From the IMG/VR virus record IMGVR_UViG_3300048599_000067, positions 1 to 37,568 of that record: a DNA stretch of 37,568 nucleotides; one strand, 5' to 3'. The notes under the pieces were generated by a model. The model was not told the origin of the DNA. It worked only from the letters and a program-made list of their open reading frames with translations, and did not search any database. Below are positions 23,698-32,823 of this stretch, one piece after another. This stretch comes from a virus. Lineage: Duplodnaviria > Caudoviricetes. Each line of letters starts with the position of its first letter. The first letter of the stretch is position 1. The position numbers and the translations under genes were made by a program.

Positions 23698-25319
23698 GCT
23701 GCGTCGAGTCCTTCTGCGACGCTGGCGCCGAGCCAGTGGGCCACGTTGACGGGGACCGCGTTGCCTGCCTGGAGCTGCTGGTGGCCGCGGGTGCCGAGGA
23801 TCTTGTAGTCCTTGGGGAATCGCTGGGCGTTGGCGCTCTCGCGGGGGGTGAGCATCCTGAACCAGCAGTCTTCGATCGCGGGACGCTCGGGGGTGAGCAT
23901 GAGGCCGTGTTGGGTGTGGGTGGCCATGGTGGACAGCGGGGTTCTGGTGCTGTGTGGGGTGGCACCGCGTCTGAACGGGACGACGAGGGCGTGGTGGAAG
24001 CCGTGGCCGGTGAAGGTGGGTAGCGCGTCGGTGACGGGGTGGGAGCGGCCGTGGTTGCGGAGCATGGTGACGAACGGTTCGGCCATCACGAGGGCGTCGC
24101 CCATCTTGGTGGTGCGAGCGGAGAATGGCTGATGGTCGGGGTCCGCGTAGCGGGGGGTGTCGTGGTTGACGCTCATCAGGAAGCGCGCGGCCTCTGGGGC
24201 GAGGACGAGGGCGTCGTTGTCACTGGTGGTGCGGGTCCGCATGGGTTCGGTGAGGAGGTCTGGTGTGTCCCGCCAGGAACCGCCGGCGGGCACGATGAAC
24301 CCGGCGATGCCGAGTTGCGCGGTGCCGGTCTGGGCGGCGAGCGGCCAGCTGTCGGGGCTGGTGGCCCGCAGGTAGTGGTTGCCGGACCCGGCCGCAGAGT
24401 CCCATGTGTTGCCGGCGGCCGCCACGACGACCGGGTTGGAGATCAGGTCGAGGCCCATTTCGACGCGGCGCATCGTCTTGGTAGCGAGGGGCCGTTTCCG
24501 GTCACCGATCCGCTGGCCGAGGTTCGTCCAGTCGATCGCCTCGGCGGCCGGCATCACGTACGGCTCGGCTCGCTTTCCGCACCGTGGGCAGGCGTACAGG
24601 TATTGCTGGTCGTACTTGCCGACCCGCTGTCCACGCCACCCCTTCGGGTTCTTGGTGGGCTTCCATGCCTGCAGCCCTTCGACCACGCCGTGCTCGGCGC
24701 ACCAGGCGGGCGGGGTGAGGTCGAGCTGGAACGGGGCCATGCCTTTGCGGCGCCACACGTGGAAGATCCGGGACCGGTACTGGGGTGCGTTCGGGTTGTG
24801 TTCGCCGCCGACGTGGGCGGCTGAGACGCACACGATCTGGACGGTGTACCCGAGGGTTTCCATGCCGGCCATCCAGGTGGGCATCAGCTCCCAATCGAAG
24901 CTCTCGACCACGTTCTCGATGAACACGACCTCGTAGCGCCACACCTCGACCGCGCGCAGGACCTCCCAGAACGTGACCCGGGTCCGCTCGAACGCTGCGG
25001 ATGGCACGTGGCCGTACTCCTCGAACAGGCTGGGGCCGCCCTGGCGGCGCTTGCTCTTGCCGCCGGCGGGGCTGACTTCGGTGCAGATGGGGGATGCCCA
25101 CAGGGCGCGGGTGCGGGGCAGGTAGCGGAAGTCGATGGTCTGCACGTCGGCGCACAGGTGCTCGGTGTTGGGGTGGTTCGCCGCGTGGGTGGCGATCGCG
25201 ACCTCGTCGTGGTTGGCGGCAACCTTGATGTTCCAGCCGGCTTCTACGAGCCCGGTGGATTCACCCCCGGCGCCGCAGTACAGGTCGATGCAGTCCAGGT
25301 CGGTGCTGAGGGTGAGCAT
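23694..25319 (-). CDS. C5-cytosine DNA methyltransferase
   Basis: Motifs LYCGAGG (I), SPIC (IV), ENV (VI), QYRSR (VIII), RMLTPRE...QAGNAV (IX/X). Confidence 0.93.
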   Translation of the reverse strand: MLTLSTDLDCIDLYCGAGGESTGLVEAGWNIKVAANHDEVAIATHAANHPNTEHLCADVQTIDFRYLPRTRALWASPICTEVSPAGGKSKRRQGGPSLFEEYGHVPSAAFERTRVTFWEVLRAVEVWRYEVVFIENVVESFDWELMPTWMAGMETLGYTVQIVCVSAAHVGGEHNPNAPQYRSRIFHVWRRKGMAPFQLDLTPPAWCAEHGVVEGLQAWKPTKNPKGWRGQRVGKYDQQYLYACPRCGKRAEPYVMPAAEAIDWTNLGQRIGDRKRPLATKTMRRVEMGLDLISNPVVVAAAGNTWDSAAGSGNHYLRATSPDSWPLAAQTGTAQLGIAGFIVPAGGSWRDTPDLLTEPMRTRTTSDNDALVLAPEAARFLMSVNHDTPRYADPDHQPFSARTTKMGDALVMAEPFVTMLRNHGRSHPVTDALPTFTGHGFHHALVVPFRRGATPHSTRTPLSTMATHTQHGLMLTPERPAIEDCWFRMLTPRESANAQRFPKDYKILGTRGHQQLQAGNAVPVNVAHWLGASVAEGLDAA

Positions 25320-26809
25320 CAGAGCGCCTCACCGAATAGCGTCTCGGCCTTGCCGGCGTGCTCAGCGGCCGCCAGGTTGCGTCTGGCCACCCGGAAGTAG
25401 GCGGGCTTCAGCTCGATCCCGACGAACCGGCGGCCGTTACGGAGCGCACCCACGCCTTCCGATCCGATGCCGGCGAACGGGGACAGCACGACCTCTCCGG
25501 GGTTGGACCACAGCCGGACGCACCGTTCGATGACCGGGAGCTGCAGCGGGCACAGGTGGCGCTCGTCATCGTTCTCTCGGGCCTCGTGGGCGCCCAGCAC
25601 GTCGGTCTCCCGGATGCCGTACCACACCTGCGAGGTGAGCTCGTAGGCCCATTCGGCGGACGCCTGATCGACCTCCGTTCCGCCGAACTCGGGCCAAGTG
25701 GCGTGCGCCCACTCGATCCAGTCCTCCTGCGTGAGGTCGGTCTGGACGGGCACCTGGTTGTCACCAGGGGTGCGCATCACCACCACGTAGTCGGCCCAGC
25801 ATTGCCACATGGCGGCCGCGTCGCGCTGCAGCTGGGCGAACAGCAGGCCGTGGCTATGAGTACGGATCGCCTGGGCCTGCGGGTTCTTGTCGATCGTGAA
25901 CTCGGAGTGGTAGAAGAACCCGGCCTGCTCGAAGTGGCGGATGGTGTCGCCCCGGAAGTCGCGGCGGCCGGAGTAGCCGTGCGTGTTCTTGTAGGCGGGC
26001 AGGTTCGCGACGTGCATGGCGACGAGTCGACCGGGCTTCATGACGCGCAGCAGTTCGCGGGAGATGAAGCTGAACTGGTCCCAGAACTGGCCGTCGCTCG
26101 ACACGTTGCCGAGGTCGCGCTCGGACGGGCTGTAGGTGTAGGTCGACGAGAACGGTGGGCTGTGGCCCTTGAGTCGGTACTTCATGAACTCGCCACGGCT
26201 GTCGGCGATGAAGAACGTGGATCGCATCTCCTGGCTGGTCATGATGCCGAGGAAGTCGGCGTGGTTGGTGAGTTCCTCCAGGTCGTTGGGGGCGGGGGTG
26301 GCGGAGGCGGATAGCCGGAAGCGGGTCGTCTTGAACCGTTCGACGAGGGCCCGTTTCGTGACCCCGCTGAACGCTTTCAGGATGGACGACTCGTCGAGCG
26401 CCACCGCGGCGTACCGGGCGGTGTCGAGCTTGTCGAGGCGCTCGTAGTTGGTGATGAGGAGTCGATTGCTGGTGGCGTCAGCCTCGGCCTGGTTGTGGAC
26501 GTACTGGACCGTGATGCCCATGCGTGCGGCTTCGCGGATGGTCTGTTGGGTGACGCCGAGCGGGGCGAGGATGAGGCCTCTCCCGGGGGTGGTGGCGAGG
26601 ATCTGGTCCAGCCACGCCACCTCGATCCGGGTCTTGCCCAGTCCGGTGTCGGCCCACACGGCGGCGCGGCCGCGCCCGACTGCCCAGGCGACGATCTGCC
26701 GCTGGAACGGGAACAGGTGGGGCGCGGTGAGCAGTTCGTCGGGGTGGACGTGGATGCCGGAGGTTGGGGGTTGGCGCCGCTTGCTGGCGAGGAAGTCGGC
26801 GTAGTTCAT
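25319..26809 (-). CDS. SNF2-like helicase N-lobe fused to a beta-class N4/N6 DNA methyltransferase
   Basis: DTGLGKT, LDESS, SATP; then SPPF and VVLSPFAGIGS...GIEL. Confidence 0.85.
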   Translation of the reverse strand: MNYADFLASKRRQPPTSGIHVHPDELLTAPHLFPFQRQIVAWAVGRGRAAVWADTGLGKTRIEVAWLDQILATTPGRGLILAPLGVTQQTIREAARMGITVQYVHNQAEADATSNRLLITNYERLDKLDTARYAAVALDESSILKAFSGVTKRALVERFKTTRFRLSASATPAPNDLEELTNHADFLGIMTSQEMRSTFFIADSRGEFMKYRLKGHSPPFSSTYTYSPSERDLGNVSSDGQFWDQFSFISRELLRVMKPGRLVAMHVANLPAYKNTHGYSGRRDFRGDTIRHFEQAGFFYHSEFTIDKNPQAQAIRTHSHGLLFAQLQRDAAAMWQCWADYVVVMRTPGDNQVPVQTDLTQEDWIEWAHATWPEFGGTEVDQASAEWAYELTSQVWYGIRETDVLGAHEARENDDERHLCPLQLPVIERCVRLWSNPGEVVLSPFAGIGSEGVGALRNGRRFVGIELKPAYFRVARRNLAAAEHAGKAETLFGEAL

Positions 26810-27285
26810 GCCGCCTCCGTCGCGACGAGGGTGTCGGCGGCGTACACGGCGAGGGCGTAGGCCTGCCAGATGTCGTCCTTGAACCCGAAGAACCAGCCGG
26901 GGCTCTTCACGGTGCCCTTGCCGCGGTTGGGTTGCCCGGAGGTGAACCTGTCGATCAACGCCTGGATGATGTTGCTGTCCTTGGCCTTCGAGTCGTGGCA
27001 GTGGTGGAGCTTCACGGGCAGCCGCTTCACGAGCCGCACGTCGATGTCGGCCCGCCAGAGTTCCTGCTGGAACCGTCCCGCCCACACGCAGGTCTCGAAC
27101 ACGGTGGCGCCCACCGCCATGCCGTAGCTGGCGACCATCTCAATGACCGCAAGATCGGGGCTGGTGTAGGCCAGCCATTCGAGGATCTGCTTGTTGGGCT
27201 TGATGCACACGTCGACTGGGCGTAGATCTTCGATCACGACGACCGCGGACTCGGCGTTGCCGGGGTCGATGGCGAGGATTCTCAT
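26806..27285 (-). CDS. RuvC-like Holliday junction resolvase
   Basis: ILAIDPG, VIE, DDIWQAYALA; ATGA overlaps. Confidence 0.8.
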   Translation of the reverse strand: MRILAIDPGNAESAVVVIEDLRPVDVCIKPNKQILEWLAYTSPDLAVIEMVASYGMAVGATVFETCVWAGRFQQELWRADIDVRLVKRLPVKLHHCHDSKAKDSNIIQALIDRFTSGQPNRGKGTVKSPGWFFGFKDDIWQAYALAVYAADTLVATEAA

Positions 27286-27440
27286 CGCACCCACCCCGCG
27301 TACGCCATCAGCGTGATCAGCCACACCAGGGCGATGAACGCGAGAACCACCAGCACAGCCCGGAACGCGCCGACCAGCGGGGCCTCGTGCCGGACCTCGC
27401 GGGGCTCCGAGTGCTCGTACTTTCGACCTGCGGCGCTCAC
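27282..27440 (-). CDS. 52-aa membrane protein
   Basis: C-terminal TM; GTGA overlap. Confidence 0.55.
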   Translation of the reverse strand: MSAAGRKYEHSEPREVRHEAPLVGAFRAVLVVLAFIALVWLITLMAYAGWVR

Positions 27441-27679
27441 GGTTCGACCGCCGTCCGGACGGCGCGGCACGGTTCGAGGTCGCAGAACCCGAACGCACCG
27501 GCATGCTTGTCGTCGTGCCAGCGGGTCACCGCATCGACCGCGTCGGCAACGGACACGCCCTCGCACGCGATCTCGGGGTCGCAGCCCTCGCAGTGGTGGC
27601 TCTCGGGCTGCCGCTCAACCCGAGGTCGGCGCCCGTTCACGGTGGCGTCCAACAGGACACCGTCAAGAGGTCTGGCCAT
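27437..27679 (-). CDS. 80-aa Cys/His hypothetical protein
   Basis: CEGC, WHDDKH..AFGFC..EPC; fills an operon gap. Confidence 0.65.
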   Translation of the reverse strand: MARPLDGVLLDATVNGRRPRVERQPESHHCEGCDPEIACEGVSVADAVDAVTRWHDDKHAGAFGFCDLEPCRAVRTAVEP

Positions 27680-27682
27680 CGT

Positions 27683-28783
27683 CTAGTCCTTTCTGATCGC
27701 CATCAACGCGGCCGTTCTCTGCTGGCCACGGTTCACCTGCAGGAGCCGCCGGCCGCCCGGGCCGTAGAACCCGAACGTCACCTCCGGCCCATCGACCGCC
27801 TCAATGCAGGACGCCAAGAACCCGGCGTTCACCCGCTTGCAGTCCTCCACACCTGACAAGTCAGGCTGGTAGTCCAGGGCGGTCTCCCAGTCGGCGAGCC
27901 GCTCACCCTTCTCGTCGTTCGCGGCGCGCACCGTCAGGACCTCGCCCATGTCCAGGTCGACCACCCGGGCCGCCGTGGCGGCAGCCTTCAAGGCGGCCCG
28001 CAGCTGGTCGCCGTCCACCTGCATCGACAGCGGCGTGTCCGCGTCGAGGATCTGGTCGAAGCTCGGGAACCCAGACGCGATCGTCGACACCGTGGTGGTT
28101 CGCGGCCCCTGCGCCAGGGCGACGATCGAGCCGGTCGTGCCGATCGTGGCGGGCGCGTCCGACCAGCCGCGCACCGCGGCAAGCAGGGGCGCCGGCGGCA
28201 CCGTCACCTCGTCCACACCAAGGTCGCCGTCCACCTCGATCAGGTGCCTGGCCATCCGGTACCGGTCTGTCGCTTCCAGGGCGAGCAGCCCACGGCCGGC
28301 CATGTGGAGGTGGATCCCGGACACCTCCACCTTGATGGTCGGGTCGCAGCACATGGGTGCGAGCTGCGTGATGCTGCGCGCCAGCTCGTGGCCCGCAACG
28401 GCGAGCGTCGCCTTGGGTGGGTCGGGGAGGGCCGGTAGGTCCGCGGTCTTGGCGAGCGGCAGGCGGGCGTTGCTGCGCCGCGACGTGAGCCGCAGCCCGG
28501 TGCCGCCGTCCACTTCGACCCGGTCGGGACGCACCGTGGCGGCGAGCTGGGCGAGCATCACCCCGCCCACCGCCGCACCGCCGGGCTCCGCCACGATCAC
28601 GCCGGGGATGGGATGCACGGTGGCGGAGGTGTCGTAGTCGTACGCGCTGATGCTGAAGCCCGCCTCGGTGGCGGTGAGCCGTACCGTGTTCAGGACCGGG
28701 ATGTGGGTGCGAGGGTTGATGTGCTTCGCCACCCAGGCGACCGCGTCGGTGAATGCGGCTGCATCGCTGATTTTCAGTCTCAT
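27683..28783 (-). CDS. DNA polymerase III beta sliding clamp homolog (divergent)
   Basis: IPVLNTV, AYDYD, LPALP, EATDRYRM, FPSFDQIL, C-terminal LMAIR; 366 aa. Confidence 0.85.
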   Translation of the reverse strand: MRLKISDAAAFTDAVAWVAKHINPRTHIPVLNTVRLTATEAGFSISAYDYDTSATVHPIPGVIVAEPGGAAVGGVMLAQLAATVRPDRVEVDGGTGLRLTSRRSNARLPLAKTADLPALPDPPKATLAVAGHELARSITQLAPMCCDPTIKVEVSGIHLHMAGRGLLALEATDRYRMARHLIEVDGDLGVDEVTVPPAPLLAAVRGWSDAPATIGTTGSIVALAQGPRTTTVSTIASGFPSFDQILDADTPLSMQVDGDQLRAALKAAATAARVVDLDMGEVLTVRAANDEKGERLADWETALDYQPDLSGVEDCKRVNAGFLASCIEAVDGPEVTFGFYGPGGRRLLQVNRGQQRTAALMAIRKD

Positions 28784-29019
28784 CGGACCCACCACCAGCG
28801 TGTCCCCGGCGCTGGGCTAATCGGCAAGAAGCCAACCACGACCAGCACGGCCGCCAGGAACAGGCAAAGCCCCATCGTGATCCACAGCGGTGCGACGATC
28901 CATACCCAGTCCCAACCCAGCACACCCAGGAGCTTCAGCAGGAGGAACGCGACCGAGATACCAGCGATGACGGCCAAGCTCGGTGCGCTGATCCACACCT
29001 TCAGCCGGAGGCCACTCAC
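28780..29019 (-). CDS. Small membrane protein
   Basis: FLLLKLLGVLGWDWVWIVAPLWI pattern, common in phage early regions. Confidence 0.75.
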   Translation of the reverse strand: MSGLRLKVWISAPSLAVIAGISVAFLLLKLLGVLGWDWVWIVAPLWITMGLCLFLAAVLVVVGFLPISPAPGTRWWWVR

Positions 29020-29840
29020 GACTCGACCGCCTCGCCAGACTCGTCAACCTCCACCACGCGGCCACCGATCAGCCCGTAGTAGGTGTCGGCCTTCACGAGA
29101 CGGCCGTTGCTCTTGCGGCCGACGATCACAGCCTTGGCTGCGACGATGTGCATGTCGGCGTCTCGTTCCACGAGCATGAGCGCGCAGCCCTCCGCCCCTT
29201 TCGCACGACCTCGGTATCCGGACGCCATGGCGACTGAGTCGGACCCGGTGGCGGACGCAGCCCCGGAGTAGCCGGTGGCGGACGCAGCCCCGCGGTTGCC
29301 GGTGGCGGACGCAGCCCCGCGGTTGCCGGTGGCGGACGCAGCCCCGTAGTCGCCGGTGGCGGACGCAGCCCCGCGGTCGCCGGTGGCGGACGCAGCCCCG
29401 TAGTCGCCGGTGGCGGACGCAGCCCCGGAGTAGCCGGTGGCGGACGCAGCCCCGCGGTCGCCGGTGGCGGACGCAGCCCCGGAGTAGCCGGTGGCGGACG
29501 AGCCAGGCTCGAGCGTGCACTTCTCCCAGATTGCCGCGAACTGAGCCTTCACCAGCCCTGCGATGCTGACGCGGGCACCGATAGTGATCCGCCGGCTCGC
29601 GACCTTGGAGTCCTGGTGGTGGGTCTGCGCGTTGTCGTCCACCTCGACCTCGTGGTACACCGACGTCGCGGGCGGGTAGTAGCTGAAGACCTCGATCGGC
29701 ATGGTGACCGCGTGGAATCCGCGCTTGCACACGACGGCGTCTCTGCCGAGGTCGTAGGTCTCGCCCTCAACGAACTGGAACGGCGCGGTGCCGGTCGGGT
29801 CGCACGTGAGGTCGGGGTTGAAGCCCTTGACTGCCTTCAT
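29016..29840 (-). CDS. Phage protein with xxGAASATG repeats (DUF7666-like N-terminus)
   Basis: KGFNPDL.C...FQF..G.TY, CKRGFHA, YY, DSKVAS; nine 9-aa repeats; VKADTYY C-terminus. Confidence 0.85.
   Translation of the reverse strand: MKAVKGFNPDLTCDPTGTAPFQFVEGETYDLGRDAVVCKRGFHAVTMPIEVFSYYPPATSVYHEVEVDDNAQTHHQDSKVASRRITIGARVSIAGLVKAQFAAIWEKCTLEPGSSATGYSGAASATGDRGAASATGYSGAASATGDYGAASATGDRGAASATGDYGAASATGNRGAASATGNRGAASATGYSGAASATGSDSVAMASGYRGRAKGAEGCALMLVERDADMHIVAAKAVIVGRKSNGRLVKADTYYGLIGGRVVEVDESGEAVES
29245..29500. repeat. 27-bp coding tandem repeat, 9 full units plus a partial unit
   Basis: ccggtggcggacgcagcccc recurs every 27 bp from 29245 to 29461. Confidence 0.95.
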
Positions 29841-29913
29841 GGTGGGTTTCCTTTCTTCTGGTTTGCTTGGCTGGCTGGCCCGACCCCCCGATCGGGCCAG
29901 CCGGGGATGCCAC

Positions 29914-30678
29914 TCAGGCCGCGCCCCTCCGGCTGGCGGTCGTGGTGGCTGGGTTCGGGACGGGCCGCAGCGGCCAGTCGGTGGACGGGTCGTCGAGCTG
30001 CTCGTCCCTCGACGCGAGGTAGGCGGCGAAGGATTCGCGCTGCTGCCGGTACTGCTCGGCCTGCCAGGCGTGCAGCTCGCGCAGCGGGGTGCCGCACATC
30101 GCCATGAACTGGCCGCGCCCGGTGGTGCCCCGCCACGGCTTGCCGGCGAGCCTCCACGCCAGCCGGGCCGCCGCGCGGGCGTCCGCTTCGGCGCCGTGCG
30201 CGTCGTCGGCCGACAGTGCGACGCCGTAGTAGGTGCAGGTGTCGATGAGCTTGCGGGAGCCCTTGCGGTACCGGTCGAGGGCCTTGTCGATCACCAGCGG
30301 GTCGAGCACCGGTCCCCGGATGTCGAGCCCGCCGAGGTTGTGGCGGCGCAGTTCGCGGTCGAGGATCGTCAGGTCGAACACGGCGTTGTAGGCGACGACC
30401 GGCATGCCGAGTTGCCACGCCTTGTACAGGTCGTCGCGGATCTCGGGGAGGCTGCTGGCGGGGTCGGTGCCGCACTGGTTGGCGTACTCGGTGGTGATGC
30501 CGTGGATCTCGGTGGCCTCGGCGGGGATCGGCTCGTCCTGGCGGAGCAGCCAGTTGCGGGCTGACCAGCCTTGCTTTGTGGCGAGCCCGACGCAGGCGGT
30601 GACGATGCGCGCGGTCTCGACGTCGACACCGGTGGTTTCGAGGTCGAATCCGGCCATGGGACGGTCACGCCAGCTCAT
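29914..30678 (-). CDS. DnaQ-like DEDDh 3'-5' exonuclease
   Basis: FDLETTG, HGIT, YNAVFDL, AHGAEADA. Confidence 0.92.
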   Translation of the reverse strand: MSWRDRPMAGFDLETTGVDVETARIVTACVGLATKQGWSARNWLLRQDEPIPAEATEIHGITTEYANQCGTDPASSLPEIRDDLYKAWQLGMPVVAYNAVFDLTILDRELRRHNLGGLDIRGPVLDPLVIDKALDRYRKGSRKLIDTCTYYGVALSADDAHGAEADARAAARLAWRLAGKPWRGTTGRGQFMAMCGTPLRELHAWQAEQYRQQRESFAAYLASRDEQLDDPSTDWPLRPVPNPATTTASRRGAA

Positions 30679-30857
30679 CGCACACCGCCATCGGCCATCG
30701 CCTGGTCCTCGCGCCGCTCAGCTTCGCGGGCAGTGCGGTGAAGGACTCGGGCGAGCCTTCGCGCAAGGGCCGGCGTTAGCGTCACCTCGCACATGCCGAC
30801 GGTGAGGATGATCGAGCCCCCGTCGACGTGGATCGCGGTCAAGATCCTCGCGCTCAT
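30675..30857 (-). CDS. 60-aa hypothetical protein
   Basis: ATGA overlaps at both ends; LTPALARRLARVL. Confidence 0.6.
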   Translation of the reverse strand: MSARILTAIHVDGGSIILTVGMCEVTLTPALARRLARVLHRTAREAERREDQAMADGGVR

Positions 30858-31942
30858 GCCGCCGCACCGCCGTTCATCTCGACGGTGAACTCCGCCCACG
30901 AACGAGGCTCCGCGTCCTCCAGAGCCACACCCCTCGACCACTCCACGAACGACTCCGCGAGCACCGACTGCGACCAACCCAGGCGGCCCGCCGCAGCCAA
31001 CAACTCCTGCCAGGCCGCGTCCGGATCGACGTCGGCGTCCTGCCCGGCCGGCGTGACCGGTGCGGACAGCCGCTGCCCGGCCGCCGTGAGCACCTGCTTC
31101 AACTCCTCGGTCAACAGCCCGGCGTCCTGGGCGTGCCGCCACAAGTTCCGCACCTCGTCCAGCGACTCAGCCATGCCGGACAACTGCACGTAGTCGAGCC
31201 GCGGTGCCGCCTCGATCGCCGCCTGCTGCGAGCGGCCCTGCTCGATCGACGCCAATCCCGAGTACTGGCCAGCCAGCAGCGCACCCGCCGTCACGTCCCG
31301 CAGTTCGAGCACCGGCACCACGAACTGCTTCGTCTCCCCGCCCGCCACACGCGTACGAGGCTCGATCCGCAGCCGCACCGGCACCATCACGCTGTCGCCC
31401 ACCGCGCCCCGGATCACATCGACCATGCCGGCGATCTCGTCCGTCGCGTAGTACGAGCCGGTCTCGACCCGCCACGAACCCAAGCCCGGCATGTCGGGCA
31501 GCAGCACCTTCAGGCGGCTCTTCGAGTCGCACACCATGCCCTGCTTCTGCTCGAACCACTCCTCGCCGAACTCGGCGAAACACGCGCAGGGCGAGCCCGA
31601 CAGCTGCTCGGTGACACCATCGCAGCGGCGCACACACCCGCCGCGGTTCCACATCTCGTAGGCCTGCGACAGCGGGTCGCCGGGCGGCAGGATCGCGTCG
31701 ATGGCGGCGGCGCCGGTGATGACCCGCCACTGCTTCGCCCCGTTGCCCTGCGGCTGCCATTCCTCCACCTGGCCGCCCCACAGCGCCGCGGCGGCCTCGA
31801 CGTGCTCCTTCGAGTGGCTGGTGATGACCCAGGTGTGGGACGCCTTCGGGTACGTCTTGCCCTTCTGGCTGGTCAGCGTGTAGCCGAGCCTCAACCGGCC
31901 CTGCTCGGCGAGCTGCCGCTGGCGATTCAGAATGCGGCTCAT
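30854..31942 (-). CDS. phiC31 gp3-like (RDF-like) recombination protein
   Basis: GRLRLG, AALWGG, RRCDG...CAC...C, RLKVLL...GLGSWRVETGSYY, FVVPVLE. Confidence 0.7.
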   Translation of the reverse strand: MSRILNRQRQLAEQGRLRLGYTLTSQKGKTYPKASHTWVITSHSKEHVEAAAALWGGQVEEWQPQGNGAKQWRVITGAAAIDAILPPGDPLSQAYEMWNRGGCVRRCDGVTEQLSGSPCACFAEFGEEWFEQKQGMVCDSKSRLKVLLPDMPGLGSWRVETGSYYATDEIAGMVDVIRGAVGDSVMVPVRLRIEPRTRVAGGETKQFVVPVLELRDVTAGALLAGQYSGLASIEQGRSQQAAIEAAPRLDYVQLSGMAESLDEVRNLWRHAQDAGLLTEELKQVLTAAGQRLSAPVTPAGQDADVDPDAAWQELLAAAGRLGWSQSVLAESFVEWSRGVALEDAEPRSWAEFTVEMNGGAAA

Positions 31943-32823
31943 GCCGCTTCCCCCTTCTCGGTGGTGGGTGGTTCGATCGGCTGCGGCTTCACGCCGTAGC
32001 AGGAATGCAGATAGGTGGCGGTCTTGAGCGCCCCACAGAACGCGACGAACGCATCGGTGACGGTCCCGGCCAGTGGCATCGGGACCAGTGCGTAGGAGTC
32101 GGCGCGGAGGTTGAGGATCGCGGTGCCGGTGATCGGCTTCGGCATCGGGATCTCCGTGCCGTCGTCCAGCAGCACCGTCTCCGCCTTCGCCAGCGCCGCC
32201 GTCTGCATGCCGTGCTCCGGGTACACGCTGGTGACCGGCCGGGTGCTGGACGTCTTGTAGTCCACGACCAGCAGCCGCCGCGCGCCGCCCGGGCCGACCG
32301 GCAGCCACATGAACACGTCACCGGTCCCGGCGTAGCCGTGCCTGCGGTTGATCACCGTGCACTCGGCCGCCTCGATGTCGGTTTCGAGGTTGACGCCCCA
32401 GTCGACGTAGAACCGCAGCAACTGCTCCACGAACGGCTCCGCCTCCGCGTCGGCCGCAGTCGGCTTGCCGAGCACATAGGCCTCAGCTAGGGCGTGCACC
32501 CGTGACCCGAGGTCGGCGGCCACGTCCTTCGCGAACTTGTGCTCGCCCTTGATCTCCCGGTCCAGGCAGTCCCGGCACTTCCCACACCGGTCCGCGGCCC
32601 GCTTCGGGCTGCACACCTGGCGGCTGCGGGACAGCGCCACCATGCGCGGCAGCTCGTCCCACGCTTTCGTCGCGGTCACCTTCGCCGCCCAAGGCACGAG
32701 CGCCGGCTTGCTGACAGCGACGTCGAGTATGTTCGTGATCGACGGCCACGTCTCCCCGGTCTCCGGGTGTGTGTACCAGCGGCCCTTCCCGGGCACCTGG
32801 GCGGCGTACTTCGGGCTGGTCAT
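31939..32823 (-). CDS. PD-(D/E)XK exonuclease (RecB/Cas4-like fold)
   Basis: PSITNIL, KPALVPWAA, GSRVH, E...YAGTGD...VVDYKTS, Q..A. Confidence 0.88.
   Translation of the reverse strand: MTSPKYAAQVPGKGRWYTHPETGETWPSITNILDVAVSKPALVPWAAKVTATKAWDELPRMVALSRSRQVCSPKRAADRCGKCRDCLDREIKGEHKFAKDVAADLGSRVHALAEAYVLGKPTAADAEAEPFVEQLLRFYVDWGVNLETDIEAAECTVINRRHGYAGTGDVFMWLPVGPGGARRLLVVDYKTSSTRPVTSVYPEHGMQTAALAKAETVLLDDGTEIPMPKPITGTAILNLRADSYALVPMPLAGTVTDAFVAFCGALKTATYLHSCYGVKPQPIEPPTTEKGEAA

Noticed and set aside
23694-27285. Restriction-modification or BREX/DISARM-like defence locus
   Set aside because: The MTases lie within the coupled early lytic operon, and the adjacent nuclease is RuvC-like rather than a recognisable restriction enzyme
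29245-29500. CRISPR array or diversity-generating retroelement
   Set aside because: Variable parts are only a few nt inside an in-frame coding repeat; there are no spacers, cas genes, reverse transcriptase or separate template repeat in the window
31939-32823. Cas4 as evidence of a CRISPR system
   Set aside because: It is a stand-alone PD-(D/E)XK phage exonuclease in a recombination module, with no other cas genes
17526-32823. C-terminal -AA degradation tags on TerL and several early proteins
   Set aside because: Endings such as EAA, DAA and TAA are explained by the overlapping RBS and ATGA/GTGA coupling of the next gene
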